NCBI GenBank assembly: GCA_964016885.1
Contig: OZ024760.1
Location: 35,333,640-35,397,639, forward strand
Direction of reading: 5' to 3'
DNA: 64,000 nt
From: Eledone cirrhosa
Taxonomy: Eukaryota
The notes under the pieces were generated by a model. That model did not search any database, was not told the DNA's origin, and was given only the letters and a program-made list of their open reading frames with translations. The translations under genes and the position numbers were made by a program. Below are positions 1 to 13,424 of this stretch, piece by piece (within the stretch, counting starts at the first letter, position 1; each line of letters begins with the position of its first letter).

Positions 1-3000
1 CGTTACCTATGTTGGGATGGTTCTGTTACCTATGTTGGGAGAGTGCCATTACCTATGTTGGGAGGGTTCCGTTACCTACGTTGGGAGAGTGCCATTACCT
101 ATGTTGGAAGGGTGCCGTTACCTATGTTAGGAGTGTGCCGTTACCTATGTTTGGAGGGTGCCGTTACCTATGTTAGTAGGGTGCCATTACCTATGTTGGA
201 AGGGTGCCGTTACCTATGTTGTGAGAGTGCCATTACTTATGTTAGGAGGTTGCCGTTACATATGTTAGGAGGGTTCCTTTACCTATGTTGGGAGGGTTCC
301 GTTACCTATGTTGGGAGAGTGCCGTTACCTATGTTGGGAGGGTGCCGTTACCTACGTTTGGAGAGTACTATTATCTATGTTAGGAGGGTGCCGTTTCCTA
401 TGTTGGGAGGGTGCCATTACCTATGTTAGGAGGGTGTATTACCTATGTTAGGAGGGTGCCATTACCTATGTTGGTAGGGTGCGTTGCCTATGTTGGGTGA
501 GTGCCGTTACCTATGTTGGGAGAGTGCCATTCCCTATGTTGGGAGCGTGCCGGTACCTATGTTAGGAGGGTGCCATTACCTATGTTGGAAGGGTGACGTT
601 ACCTATGTTGGGAGGGTTCCGTTACCTATGTTGGGAGAGTGCCATTACCTATGTTAGGAGGGTGCCGTTACCTGTGTTGTGAGGGTGCCATTACCTATGT
701 TGGGAGGGTGTCGTTACCTGTGTTGGGAGAGTGCCATTACCTATGTTAGGAGGGTGCCGTTACCGATGTTAGGAGGGTGCCATTACCTTTGTTGGAAGGT
801 TGCCATTACCTACGTTAGGAGGATGCCGTTTGCTATGTTGGGAGGGGGCCGTTAACTATGTTGGGAGAGTGCCGTTACCTATGTTGTGAGGGTGCCGATA
901 CCTATGTTGGGCGAGTGTCATTACCTACTTTAGGAGAGTGCCGTTACCTATGTTGGAAGGGTGCCATTACCTACGTTAGGAGGGTGCCATTACCTATGTT
1001 GCGAGAGTGCCGTTACCTATCTTAGGAGGGTGTCGTTACCTATGTTGGGAGAGTGCCATTACCTATGTTAGGTGGGTGCCGTTACCTATGTTAGGAGGGT
1101 GCCTTTACCTATATTAGGAGGGGGCCATTACCCATTTTGGGATAGTGCGATTACCTATCTTAGGAGAGTGCCGTTACCTATGTGGGGAGGGTGCCATTAC
1201 CTATGTTGGGAGAGTGCCTTTACCTATGTTGGGAGAGTGCCATTACCTATGTATGGAGGGTGCCGTTACCTACGTTAGGAGGGTGCCGTTACCTATGTTG
1301 GGAGAGTGCCATTACCTATGTTAGGAGGGTGCCGTTACCTATGTTAGGAGGGTGCCATTACCTATGTTGGGAGGGTTCCGTTACCTACGTTGGGAGAGTG
1401 CCATTACCTATGTTGGAAGGGTGCCGTTACCTATGTTAGGAGTGTGCCGTTACCTATGTTTGGAGGGTGCCGTTACCTATGTTAGTAGGGTGCCATTACC
1501 TATGTTGGAAGGGTGCCGTTACCTATGTTGTGAGAGTGCCATTACTTATGTCAGGAGGTTGCCGTTACATATGTTAGGAGGGTTCCTTTACCTATGTTGG
1601 AAGGGTTCCGTTACCTATGTTGGGAGAGTGCCGTTACCTATGTTGGGAGGGTGCCGTTACCTACGTTTGGAGAGTACTATTATCTATGTTAGGAGGGTGC
1701 CGTTTCCTATGTTGGGAGGGTGCCATTACCTATGTTAGGAGGGTGTATTACCTATGTTAGGAGGGTGCCATTACCTATGTTGGTATGGTGCGTTGCCTAT
1801 GTTGGGTGAGTGCCGTTACCTATGTTGGGAGAGTGCCATTCCCTATGTTGGGAGCGTGCCGGTACCTATGTTAGGAGGGTGCCATTACCTATGTTGGGAG
1901 AGTTCCGTTACCTATGTTGGGAGAGTGCCATTACCTATGTTAGGAGGGTGCCGTTACCTGTGTTGTGAGGGTGCCATTACCTATGTTGGGAGGGTGTCGT
2001 TACCTATGTTGGGAGAGTGCCATTACCTATGTTAGGAGGGTGCCGTTACCGATGTTAGGAGGGTGCCATTACCTTTGTTGGAAGGTTGCCATTACCTACG
2101 TTAGGAGGATGCCGTTTGCTATGTTGGGAGGGGGCCGTTAACTATGTTGGGAGAGTGCCGTTACCTATGTTGTGAGGGTGCCGATACCTATGTTGGACGA
2201 GTGTCATTACCTACGTTAGGAGAGTGCCGTTACCTATCTTGGGAGAGTGTCGTTACCTATGTTAGGAGGGTGCCGTTACCTATGTTAGGACGGTGACGTC
2301 ACCTATGTTAGGAGGGTGCCGTTACCTATGTTGGGAGAGTGCCTTTATCTATGTTAGGTGGGTGCCGTTTCCTATGTTGGGAGAGTGCCATTACCTATGT
2401 TAGGAGGGTGTATTACCTATGTTGGGAGGCTGCCATTTCCTATGTTGGGAGAGTGCCGTTACCTATGTTAGGAGGGTGCAGTTTCCTATGTTGGGAGTGT
2501 GCCATTACCTATGTTAGGTGGGTGACGTTACCCATTTTGGGAGAGTGCCATTACCTATGATAGGAGGGTGCCGTTACCTATGTTGGGAGGGTGCCATTAC
2601 CTATGTTGGGAGAGTTCCGTTACCTATGTTGTAAGGGTGCCATTACCTATGTTGGAAGGGTGCCATTACCTACGTTAGGAGGGAGCCATTACCTATGTTG
2701 GGAGAGTGCCATTACTTATATTAGGAGGATGCCGTTGCCTATGTTGGGAGAGTGCCGTTACCTATCTTAGGAGGGTGTCGTTACCTTGTTTGGGAGAGTG
2801 CCATTACCTATGTTAGGTGGGTGCCGTTACCTATGTTAGGAGGGTGTCTTTACCTATGTTAGGAGGGTGCCATTACCCATTTTGGGAGAGTGCCATTACC
2901 TATGATAGGAGCGTGCCGTTACCTATGTTGGGAGGGTGCCATTACCTATGTTGGGAGAGTGCCGTTACCTATGTTAAGAGGGTGCTGTTACCTATGTTGG

Positions 3001-6000
3001 GAGAGTGCCATTATCTATGTTAGGTGGGTGCCGTTACCTATGTTAGGAGGGTGCCTTTACCTATGTTAGGAGGGTGTCATTACCCATTCTGGGAGAGTGC
3101 CATTACCTATGATAGGAGGGTGCCGTTACCTATGTTGGGAGGGTGCCATTACCTATACTGGGAGAGTTCCGTTACCTATGTTGGAAGGGTGCCATTACCT
3201 ATGTTGGGAGCGTGCGATTACCTATGTTGGGAGGGTGCCATTACCTATGTAGGGAGGGTGCCGTTAGCTACGTTAAGAGGGTGCCATTACCTATGTTGGG
3301 AGAGTGCCATTACTTACATTAGGAGGGTGCCGTTAACTATGTTGGGAGGGTTCCGTTACCTATGTTGGGAGAGTGCCGTTACCTATCTTAGGATGGTGTC
3401 GTTACCTATGTTGGGAGAGTGCCATTACCTATGTTAGGTGGGTGCCGTTACCTATGTTAGGAGGGTGCCTTTATCTATGTTAGGAGGGTGCCATTACCCA
3501 TTTGGGGAGAGTGCGATTACCTATGATAGGAGTGTGCCGTTACCTATTTTGGGAGGGTGCCATTACCTATGTTGGGAGAGTTCCGTTACCTATGTTGGAA
3601 GGGTGCCATTACCTATGTTGGGAGAGTGCCTTTACCTATGTTGGGAGAGTGCCATTACCTATGTAATGAGGGTGCCGTTACCTATGTTAGGAGGGTGTCG
3701 TTACCTATGTTGGGAGAGTGCCATTACCTATGTTAGGAGGGTGCCGTTACCTATGTTAGGAGGGTGCCATTACCTATGTTGGAAGGGTTCGATTACCTAC
3801 GTTAGGAGGGTGCCATTACCTATGTTGGGAGAGTGCCATTACTTATATTAGGAGGGTGCCGTTAACTATGTTGGGAGGGTTCCGTTACCTATGTTGGGAG
3901 AGTGCCATTACCTATGTTAGGAGGGTGGCGTTACCTATGTTGGGAGAGTGCCATTACCTATGTTCGAAGGGTGCATTTACCTATGTTAGGAGGGTTCCCT
4001 TACCTATGTTGGAAGGGTGCCGTTACCTATGTTAGGAGTGTACCGTTACCTATGTTTGGAGGGTGCCGTTACCTATGTTAGTAGGGTGCCATTACCTATG
4101 TTGGAAGGGTGCCGTTACCTATGTTGTGAGAGTGCCATTACCTATGTTAGGAGGTTGCCGTTACATATGTTAGGAGGGTTCCTTTACCTATGTTGGGAGG
4201 GTTCCGTTACCTATGTTGGGAGAGTGCCGTTACCTATGTTGGGAGGGTGCCGTTACCTACGTTTGGAGAGTACTATTATCTATGTTAGGAGGGTGCCGTT
4301 TCCTATGTTGGGAGGGTGCCATTACCTATGTTAGGAGGGTGTATTACCTATGTTAGGAGGGTGCCATTACCTATGTTGGAAGGGTGCCGTTACCTATGTT
4401 AGGAGGGTGCCGTTACCTATGTTGGGAGGGTGCCGTTAACTATGTTGGGAAAGTGCCATTACCTATGTTAGGAGGGTGCAGTTACCTATGTTAGGAGGGT
4501 TCCTTTACCTAAGTTGGAAGGGTGCCATTACCTATGTTGGAAGGGTGCCGTTACCTATGTTGGGAGATTACTGTTACCTACGTTGGGAGGGTGCCGTTAC
4601 CTATGTTGGGAGAGTGCCATTACCTCTGTTGGGAGGGTGCCGTTACCTATGTTAGGAGGGTGCCATTAACTATGTTGGAAGGGAGCCGTTACCTATGTTG
4701 GGAGAGAGCCATTACCTATGTTAGGAGGGTGCGTTACCTATGTTGGGTGAGTGCCGTTACCTATGTTGGGAGAGTGCCATGACCTATGATAGGAGGGTGC
4801 CATTACCTATGTTGGGTGAGTTCTGTTACCTATGTTGGAAGGGTGCCATTACCTATGTTGGGAGAGTGCCTTTATCTATGTTAGGAGGGTGCCGTTTCCT
4901 ATGTTGGGAGAGTGCCATTACCTATGTTAGGAGGGTGTATTACCTATGTTGGGAGAGTGCCATTCCCTATGTTAGGTGGGTGCAGTTACCTATGTTAGGA
5001 GGGTACCATTACCTATGTTGGAAGAGTGCCGTTACCTATGTTAGGAGGGTGCCGTTACCTATGTTGGGAGAGTGCCATTACCTATGTTAGGTGGGTGCCG
5101 TTACCTATGTTAGGAGGGTGCCTTTACCTATGTTAGGAGGGTGCCATTACCCATTTTGGGAGAGTGCCATTACCTATGATAAGAGGGTGCCGTTACCTAT
5201 GTTGGGAGGGTGCCATTACCTATGTTGGGAGAGTTCCGTTACCTATATTGGAAGGGTGCCATTACCTATGTAGGGAGAGTGGCTTTACCTATGTTGGGAG
5301 TGTGGCCTTATCTATGTTGGGAGAGTGCGATTACCTATGTAGGGAGGGTGCTGTTACCTATGTTAGAAGGGTGCCGTTACCTATGTTGCGAGAGTGCCAT
5401 TACCTATGTTAGGACGGTGCCGTTACCTATGTTAGGAGGGTGCCGTTACCTATGTTGGAAGGGTGCCATTACCTACGTTAGGAGGGTGCCATTACCTATG
5501 TTGGGAGAGTGCCATTACTTATATTAGGAGGATGCCGTTACCTATGTTTGGAGGGTACGGTTAACTTTGTTGGGAGAGTGTCATTACCTATGTTAGGAGG
5601 GTGCCGTTACCTATGTTGGGAGAGTGCCATTACCTATGTTAGAAGGGTTCATTTACCTATGTTAGGAGGGTGCCGTTACCTATGTTTGTAGGGTGCCGTT
5701 ACCTATGTTAGTAGGGTACCATTACCTATGTTGGAAGGGTGCTGTTACCTATGTTGGGAGAGTGCCATTACATATTTTCGGAGGTTGCCGTTACATTAGT
5801 TAGGAGGGTTCCTTTACCTATGTTGGGAGGGTGCCGTTACCTATGTTGGGAGAGTACCGTTACCTATGTTGGGAGGGTGCCGTTACCTACGTTTGGAGAG
5901 TCCTATTATCTAAGTTGGGAGAATGCCGTTACCTATGTTGGGAGGGTGGCGTCACCTATGTTAGTAGGGTGCCGTTACCTATGTTGGGAGAGTTCAATTA

Positions 6001-9000
6001 TCTATGTTAGCAGGGTGCCGTTTCCTATGTTGGGAGAGTGCCATTACTTATATTAGGAGGATGCCATCACCTATGTTAGGAGTGTGTATTACCTATGTTA
6101 GGAGGGTGTCATTACCTATGTTAGGAGGATATATTACTTATATTAGGAGGATGCCATTACCTATGTTAGGAGGGTGTATTACCTATGTTAGGAGGGTGCC
6201 ATTACCTATGTTGGAAGGGTGCCGTTAACTATGTTGGGAGAGTGCCGTTACCTATGTTAGGAGGGTTCCTTTACCTAAGTTTGAAGGGTGCCATTACCTA
6301 TGTTGGAAGGGTGCCGTTACCTATGATGGGAGATTGCTGTTACCTACGTTGGGAGGGTGCCGTTACCTATGTTGGGAGAGTGCCGTTACCTATGTTGGGA
6401 GGGTGCCGTTACCTATGTTGCGAGAGTGTCATTACCTGTGATGGGAGGGTGCCGTTACCTATGTTGGGAGAGAGCCATTACCTATGTTGGAAGGTTTCCG
6501 TTCCCTATGTTGGGAGAGTGTCATTACCTATGTTGGGAGGGTGCCGTTACCTATGTTGGTAGGGTGCGTTACCTATGTTGGGTGAGTGCCGTTACCTATG
6601 TTGGGAGAGTGCCGTTACCTATGTTAGTACGGTGCCGTCACCTATGTTAGGAGGGTGCCGTTACCTATGTTGGGAGAGTGCCTTTATCTATGTTAGGAGG
6701 GTGCCGTTTCCTATGTTGGGAGAGTGCCATTACCTATGTTAGGAGGGTGTATTACCTATGTTGGGAGAGTGCCATTCCCTATGTTGGGAGCGTGCCGGTA
6801 CCTATGTGAGGAGGGTGCCATTACCTATGTTGGAAGGGTGCCGTTACCTATGTTGGGAGGGTTCCTTTACCTATGTTGGGAGAGTGGCATTACCTATGTT
6901 AGGAGGGTGCCGTTACCTATGTTGGGAGGGTGCCATTACCTATGTTGGGAGAGTGCCGTTACCTATGTTAGGAGGGTGTCGTTACCTATGTTGAGAGAGT
7001 GCCATTACCTATGTTAGGAGGGTGCCGTTACCTATGTTAGGAGGTTGCCATTACCTTTGTTGGAAGGGTGCCATTACCTACGTTAGGATGGTGTCATTAC
7101 CTATGTTGGGAGAGTGCCATTACTTATATTAGGAGGATGCCGTTTCCTATGTTGGGAGGGGGCCGTTAACTATGTTGGGAGAGTGCCGATACCTATGTTG
7201 GGAGAGTGACATTACCTATGTTAGAAGGGTGCATTTCCCTATGTTGGGAGGGTGCCGTTACCTATGTAGGGAGAGTGACATTACCTATGTTAGGAGGGTG
7301 CGTTACCTATGTTAGGAGGGTGCCATTACCTATGTTGGAAGGGTACCATTACCCATTTTGGGAGAGTGCCATTACCTATGATAGGAGGGTGCCGTTACCT
7401 ATGTTAGGAGGGTGCCATTACCTATGTTGGAAGGGTGCCATTACCCATTTTGGGAGAGTGCCATTACCTATGTAGGGAGGGTGCCGTTACCTATTTTAGG
7501 AGGGTGCCGTTACCTATGTTGGGAGAGTGACATTACCTATGTTGGGAGGGTGCCGTTACCTATGTTGGGAGAGTGCCATTATTTATATTAGGAGGATGCC
7601 GTTACCTATGTTGGGAGGGTGCCGTTAACTATGTTGGAAGTGTGCCGTTACCTATGTTGGGAGGGTTCCGTTACCTATGTTGGGAGAGTGCCATTACCTA
7701 TGTTGGGAGGGTGCCTTTACCTATGTTGGTAGGGTGCCGTTACGTATGTTAGGAGTGTGCCGTTACCTATGTTTGGAGGGTGCCGTTACCTATGTTAGTA
7801 GGGTGCCATTACCTATGTTGGAAGGGTGCCGTTACCTATGTTAGGAGGGTGTATTACCTATGTTAGGATGGTGCCATGTTGGATGGGTGCCGTTACCTAT
7901 GTTAGGAGGTTGCCGTTACATATTTTAGAAGGGTGCCGTTACCTACGTTTGGAGAGTACTATTATCTATGTTAGGAGGGTGCCGTTTCCTATGTTGGGAG
8001 GGTGCCATTACCTATGTTAGGAGGGTGTATTACCTATGTTAGGATGGTGCCATGTTGGAAGGGTGCCGTTACCTATGTTAGGAGGGTGCCATTACCTATG
8101 TTGGGAGGGTGCCGTTAACTATGTTGGGAGAGTGCCGTTACCTATGTTAGGAGGGTGCCGTTACCTAAGTTTGGAGAGTACTATTACCTGTGTTGGGAGG
8201 GTGCCGTTACCTATGTTGGAAGGGTGCCGTTACCTATGTTGGGAGGGTGCCGTTACCTATGTTAGGAGGGTTCCGTTACATATGTTAGGAGGGTGCCATT
8301 ACCTATGTTGGAAGGGTGCCATTTCCTATGTTAGGAGGGTGCCATTGCGTATGTTGGGAGAGTGCCATTACCTATGTTAGGAGGGTGCCGTTACCTATGT
8401 TGGGAGGGTGCCATTACCTATGTTGGGAGAGTGCCGTTACCTATCTTAGGAGGGTGCCGTTACCTTTGTTAGTAGGGTGCCATTACCTATGTTGGAAGGG
8501 TGCCGTTACCTATGTTGTGAGAGTGCAAATACGTATGATAGGAGGTTGCCGTTACATATGTTAGTAGGGTTCCTTTACCTATGTTGGGAGGGTGCCGTTA
8601 CCTATGTTGAGAGAGTGCCGTTACCTATGTTGGGACGGTGCCGTTACCTACGTTTGGAGAATACTATTATCTAAGTTGGGTGTTACCTATGTTGGGAGTT
8701 ACCTATGCCGTTACCTATGTTGGGAGAGTGCCATTACTTATATTAGGAGGATGCCGTTTCCTATGTTGGGAGGGGGCCGTTAACTATGTTGGGAGGTTGC
8801 CGTTACCTATGTTGGGAGGGTGCCGATACCTATGTTGGGTGAGTGTCATTACCAACGTTAGGAGGGTGCCGTTACCTATGTTGGGAGTGTGACATTACCT
8901 ATGTTAGAAGGGTGCATTTCCCTATGTTGGGAGGGTGCCGTTACCTATGTAGGGAGAGTGACATTACCTATGTTAGGAGGGTGCCGTTACCTATGTTAGG

Positions 9001-9578
9001 AGGGTGCCATTACCTATGTTGGAAGGGTGCCATTACCTACGTTAGGAGGGTGCCATTACCTATGTTGGGAGAGTGCCATTACTTATATTAGGAGGATGCC
9101 GTTACCTATGTTGGGAGGGTGCCGTTAACTATGTTGGAAGAGTGCCGTTACCTATGTTGGGAGGGTTCCGTTACCTATGTTGGGAGAGTGCCATTACCTA
9201 TGTTGGGAGATTACCTATGTTAGAAGGGTGCATTTACCTATGTTAGGAGGGTGCCTTTACCTATGTTGGAAGGCTGCCATTACCTATGTTGGGAGAGTGC
9301 CTTTACCTATGTAGGGAGGGTGCCGTTACCTATGTTAGGAGGGTGCCGTTACCTATGTTGGGAGAGTGACATTACCTATGTTAGGAGGGTGCCGTTAGGA
9401 GGGTGCCATTACCTATGTTGGAAGGGTGCCATTACCTACCATTACATATATTAGGAGGATGCCGTTACCTATGTTGGGAGGGTTCCGTTAACTATGTTGG
9501 GAGAGTGCCGTTACCTATGTTGGGAGAATGCCGTTACCTATGTTGGGAGGGTGGCGTCACCTATGTTGGGAGAGTGCA
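1..9578. repeat. 23-bp satellite array, consensus GTTACCTATGTTGGGAGGGTGCC, about 415 units, open at the window start
   Basis: Continuous tandem unit visible directly; ORF spacings of 207/414 bp equal 9x/18x23; all ORFs here are repeat translations. Confidence 0.98.
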
Positions 9579-10830
9579 ATGAAAAAATGAAAAAATGAAA
9601 AAATGAAAAAATGAAGAAAAGAAAAAATGAAAATCGCTAAATGAAAAACTGAAAATCGAAAAAATGAAAAAATTAAAAAATCGAAAAACCTTAGATGAAA
9701 AAAATCGAAAAAAATTGAAAAAATCGAAAAAAGGAAAATATGAAAAAAATCGGAAAAAAATGAAAAAATGAAAAATAAAAAAAAATTGAAAAAATGGAAA
9801 AATTAAAACGAAAAATAAAAATATCGAAATAATTTAAAATTTAAAAAATTAAATTCGAACAAATTAAAAATAAAAAATTCGAAAATTGGCAAAAATTGAA
9901 TAAATATAAGAATGAAAAAATGAAAAAATGTAAAGATGAAAAATTCAAAAGAATGAATAAATTAAAATTTCGAAAAAATGAAAAAATGAAAAAAATGGAA
10001 AAATGAAAGAATCGAAAAAATGAAACTTTGGAAGAAATGAAAACATGAATAAATGAAAACTTCGAAAAAATGGAAAAATTAAAACGAAATATAAAAATTG
10101 AAAAAATTAAAAAAATTAAAAAATTAAAATCGAACAAATTAGAAATAAGGAAATCGAAAAATGAAAAAAATCGAAAAAATTAGAAAATGAGAAAATCGAC
10201 AAAAATGAAAAAATGTGAAAATTCTAGAAAATGAAAAAATAGAAAAAATAGAAAAATCGAAAAAATTAAAAATGAAAAAAATCGAAAAAATTGAAAATCC
10301 GAAAAAATGAAAAATGGAAAATTTAAAAAATGAAAAAATTTTTTCATTTTTTCGAAACATCGCAAAAATCGAGCTTTGTCTTTACTAATATATAAATGCA
10401 CATAGGGATATATATTTAGATACTTTATAAAATATGTTATAAAATTCTTTATAAAATTCTTTCAATTTATTTCATACAATATATATATGCGTATAAAAAT
10501 ATGTATAAATATACATTTTTTAATTTTTTCATTTTTTCATATTAAAAAATTAAAAAATCGTAAAATCGAAAAAATCGAAAAATTAAAAAATCGAAAAAGT
10601 TGAAAAAAATCTAAAATAATGGAAAAATGAAAAAATAGAAAAATAGAAAAATTGAAAATAAGAAAAAATGAACAAATGAAAACATGGAAAAATGAAAATT
10701 ATCGAAATGTAAAAAATGAAAAACTAAAAAAAGGAAAAAATGAAAATCGAAAAAAGGAAAAAATCGAAATATCGAAATAATAGAAAAATGAAACACTGAA
10801 AAAGTGAAAAAATGTAAAATTAAATATTTT
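9579..10830 (+). repeat. A-tract low-complexity repeat (GAAAAAAT/GAAAAAATC-like 8-9 bp units)
   Basis: Directly visible; abuts the satellite; interrupted at ~10372-10512 by a block also found at ~16497-16642. Confidence 0.9.
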
Positions 10831-11779
10831 TTATACCAAGTGAAGCCTTTCTTTCTTTTTCATCATATCACGTTCACACACAAATTTTTCAAAATGGCTG
10901 CCAACGACCTGTTGCACCATTTTCGCGCCATTTTCTCGCGCAATAAAAATATATTTTTTTCAACTTGACTTTAACCTTGTTTCGGCACCTGTGGGGAGCA
11001 CACATCTCGACTCACTGAGATAACACACGCCATAGATAATGTTTCTTGCCAAGGATTCTCCAGCCTTAAGTTATATTCTCCTATTTGCCGGTTAAAAAAT
11101 TTACCACGTAAATTTGCCGTTGAAAACTGCGCATTTATTCAGAATGCTTATTTCTTTGGTCGCTGGCCTCTTGACTCTTCCAGGTATACTCAACATCGAC
11201 CATCAACTTTGGCTGTTATTTCTAGCACTTTGCGCAACTCATTTTTTCTGGGAAAATTTTTACTGTGAATTTAAACAACATCGAATACGTTCACTCCGCG
11301 AGACAACATCAACAACAACAACACAGCTTCATCAACAACCAAAACCAGCAGAACAAGCCAGAGAATTTATTTTTGCAGCACTCTTCCTGTGAGAAAATCC
11401 CACCGAATTTCACGTTGTACCATTCTCTGGAGGAGACACTTTCTTTCCTGCTGTCATGTGATTGCACACCTGTGAACTTTATTTTTGAACAGTTGAATTT
11501 TTTTTTCTTTAATAACTGTTCGAGCGCGTTTCCTTGCTCTTTTGATTACATTGTATCTTTGTGTGATGGATAGATAGATGTCCAGTCGTTCTCTGGCCAA
11601 GAGCGGTTGGCTACCTTGACATCTATCATTAATTTTTGCATGCTTATATTTTGCTGTTTTGCAAACATTATTTTTTTCGTAATTTTCATGCCTGGACTTT
11701 GGTGTTACAACATGCTCGCCATCTTACTTCATACATGGTTCATTCGATTTTTATGTTTTAAAAATCTGGCGGGGGGTAA

Positions 11780-12123
11780 TGTAGCAAGAGTTGCCTCCCT
11801 TGTCACAATCACATCACCGCTATCTAGACAGGAAGTAACTGGAGTTACTTCCTGTTGGGGTGGCAGAACCCTTTTTGTCACTTCCGTCCTGGGACCCTAT
11901 AAAAGGGATAGGTCAGGGCGATCTCACTCTCTTCTAAAAGCCTGGCCCTTCGGCCAGGCACGTTCGCCTGGCAACCCATGGTCTCTTGCGAGCTAACTTC
12001 AAAACGGTAACAAATAACTTTACTTCATTCTTTCATCTACTCATGGACATGTCAACTATACTATTCTACATAACTTCAGCTTGTTAATTAAACATTGTAC
12101 ATACAACTGAGTCTCCTGTTACA
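11780..12123 (+). mobile_element. Solo-LTR-like module (~345 bp); further copies at 19620-19963(-), 21241-21585(-) and partial 12600-12816(-)
   Basis: TGTAGCAAGAG...CTCCTGTTACA ends (TG..CA, imperfect terminal inverted repeat); internal TATAAAAGGG; no clear TSD. Confidence 0.55.
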
Positions 12124-12816
12124 TTAATACAACCCAGTTTTTGTTATATATCTATCTAAAAAGAAAGACTAAGAATTATAGAGAGAGATCGCTAAATCGC
12201 CTAAGGCATTGAAAATTTGAAATATCCTTTGCTCAAAACACTCACAGGACCATTGCATGTGTAAAGTTTATAAACAATCGGTTGGGTGGTTCTCGAGTTT
12301 TAGGGAGTCAGACAGACACATTCTCTATTTTAGATATATAGACTAGCAGAAAACAACCCGTGGGGGGGGTTCTGCTAGTCTATATATCTAAAACAGAGAA
12401 TGTCTGTCTGTCAGCTCACTAAAACTTGAGAACCACCCAACCGATTGTTTATAAACTTTACACAGGCAATGGTCCTGTGAGTGTTTTGAGCAAAGGATAT
12501 TTCTAATTTTCAATGCCTTAGGCGATTTAGCGATCTCTCTCTATAATTCTTAGTCTTTCTTTTTAGATAGATATATAACAAAAACTGGGTTGTATTAATG
12601 TAACAGGAGACTCAGTTGTATGTACAATGTTTAATTAACAAGCTGAAGTTATGTAGAATAGTATAGTTGACATGTCCAAGAGTAGATGAAAGAATGAAGT
12701 AAAGTTATTTGTTACCGTTTTGAAGTTAGCTCGCAAGAGACCATGTTAGGGTTGCCAGGCGAACGCGCCTGGCCGAAGAGAGTGAGATCGCACTGACCTA
12801 TCCCTTTTATTGGGTC
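11890..12816. repeat. Local palindrome with ~460-bp arms centred on a CTAG-flanked hairpin (12343-12378)
   Basis: 12000-12350 is the reverse complement of 12370-12730; mirrored partial copy centred at 19362-19400. Confidence 0.9.
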
Positions 12817-12944
12817 GATGTTTTCTAAGCTGAATAAAAAACATTAAAAACTCGGATTTTACCATTTTTCCGGAGGTAAAGTAAAGTTTTATTTTATGTT
12901 GAAGAGTTTTATTGAAACATTTTCTCTTTATTTCCCTCCATTTT

Positions 12945-13387
12945 GTCAGGAATAATTATTTAAACCATTGTTTAGCTACGGTGACACCTCTACGTTTGTA
13001 TATACAACACCTTCACTGATGTCAGTAATATATATATATACACGCATATATATATATTACTGATATATATACACTACTGTAGGTATATATATACATATAC
13101 ACTTATATACAATGTCAGGAATAATTTTTTAAACAATAGTTTAGCTACGGTGGCACATCCACGTTTGTTTGTTTATAACACCTCCACTGATATATTGTAT
13201 ATACACTACTGTAGGTATATATATGTACTCCTGATATATTATATACACTGCTGTAGGTATATATATATACTTCTAATATATACTTATATACAATGTCAGG
13301 AATAATTATTTAAACAATAGTTTAGCTACGGTGACACCTATACGTTTGTTTGTTTACAACACCTCCGCTGATATATTGTATATACAC

Positions 13388-13400
<13 letters not shown>
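12945..13400 (+). repeat. ~170-195 bp tandem repeat (GTCAGGAATAATT...TTTAGCTACGGTGACACC), 3 units; 4 inverted units at ~17235-17905
   Basis: Unit starts near 12945, 13114, 13295; near-duplicate ORFs 17494-17685 and 17690-17875. Confidence 0.85.

Positions 13401-13424
<24 letters not shown>

Noticed and set aside
1-9578. CRISPR array or Cys/Tyr-rich repeat proteins
   Set aside because: Units are contiguous with no unique spacers and no cas genes; ORFs occur in all frames as translations of a 23-bp unit
1-9578. Telomeric repeat
   Set aside because: TTAGG/TTGGG occurs once per 23-bp unit, not as tandem TTAGGG
11114-11996. Duplicated ORFs as real genes
   Set aside because: Non-ATG starts, overlapping frames and no motifs; their identity reflects the DNA inverted repeat
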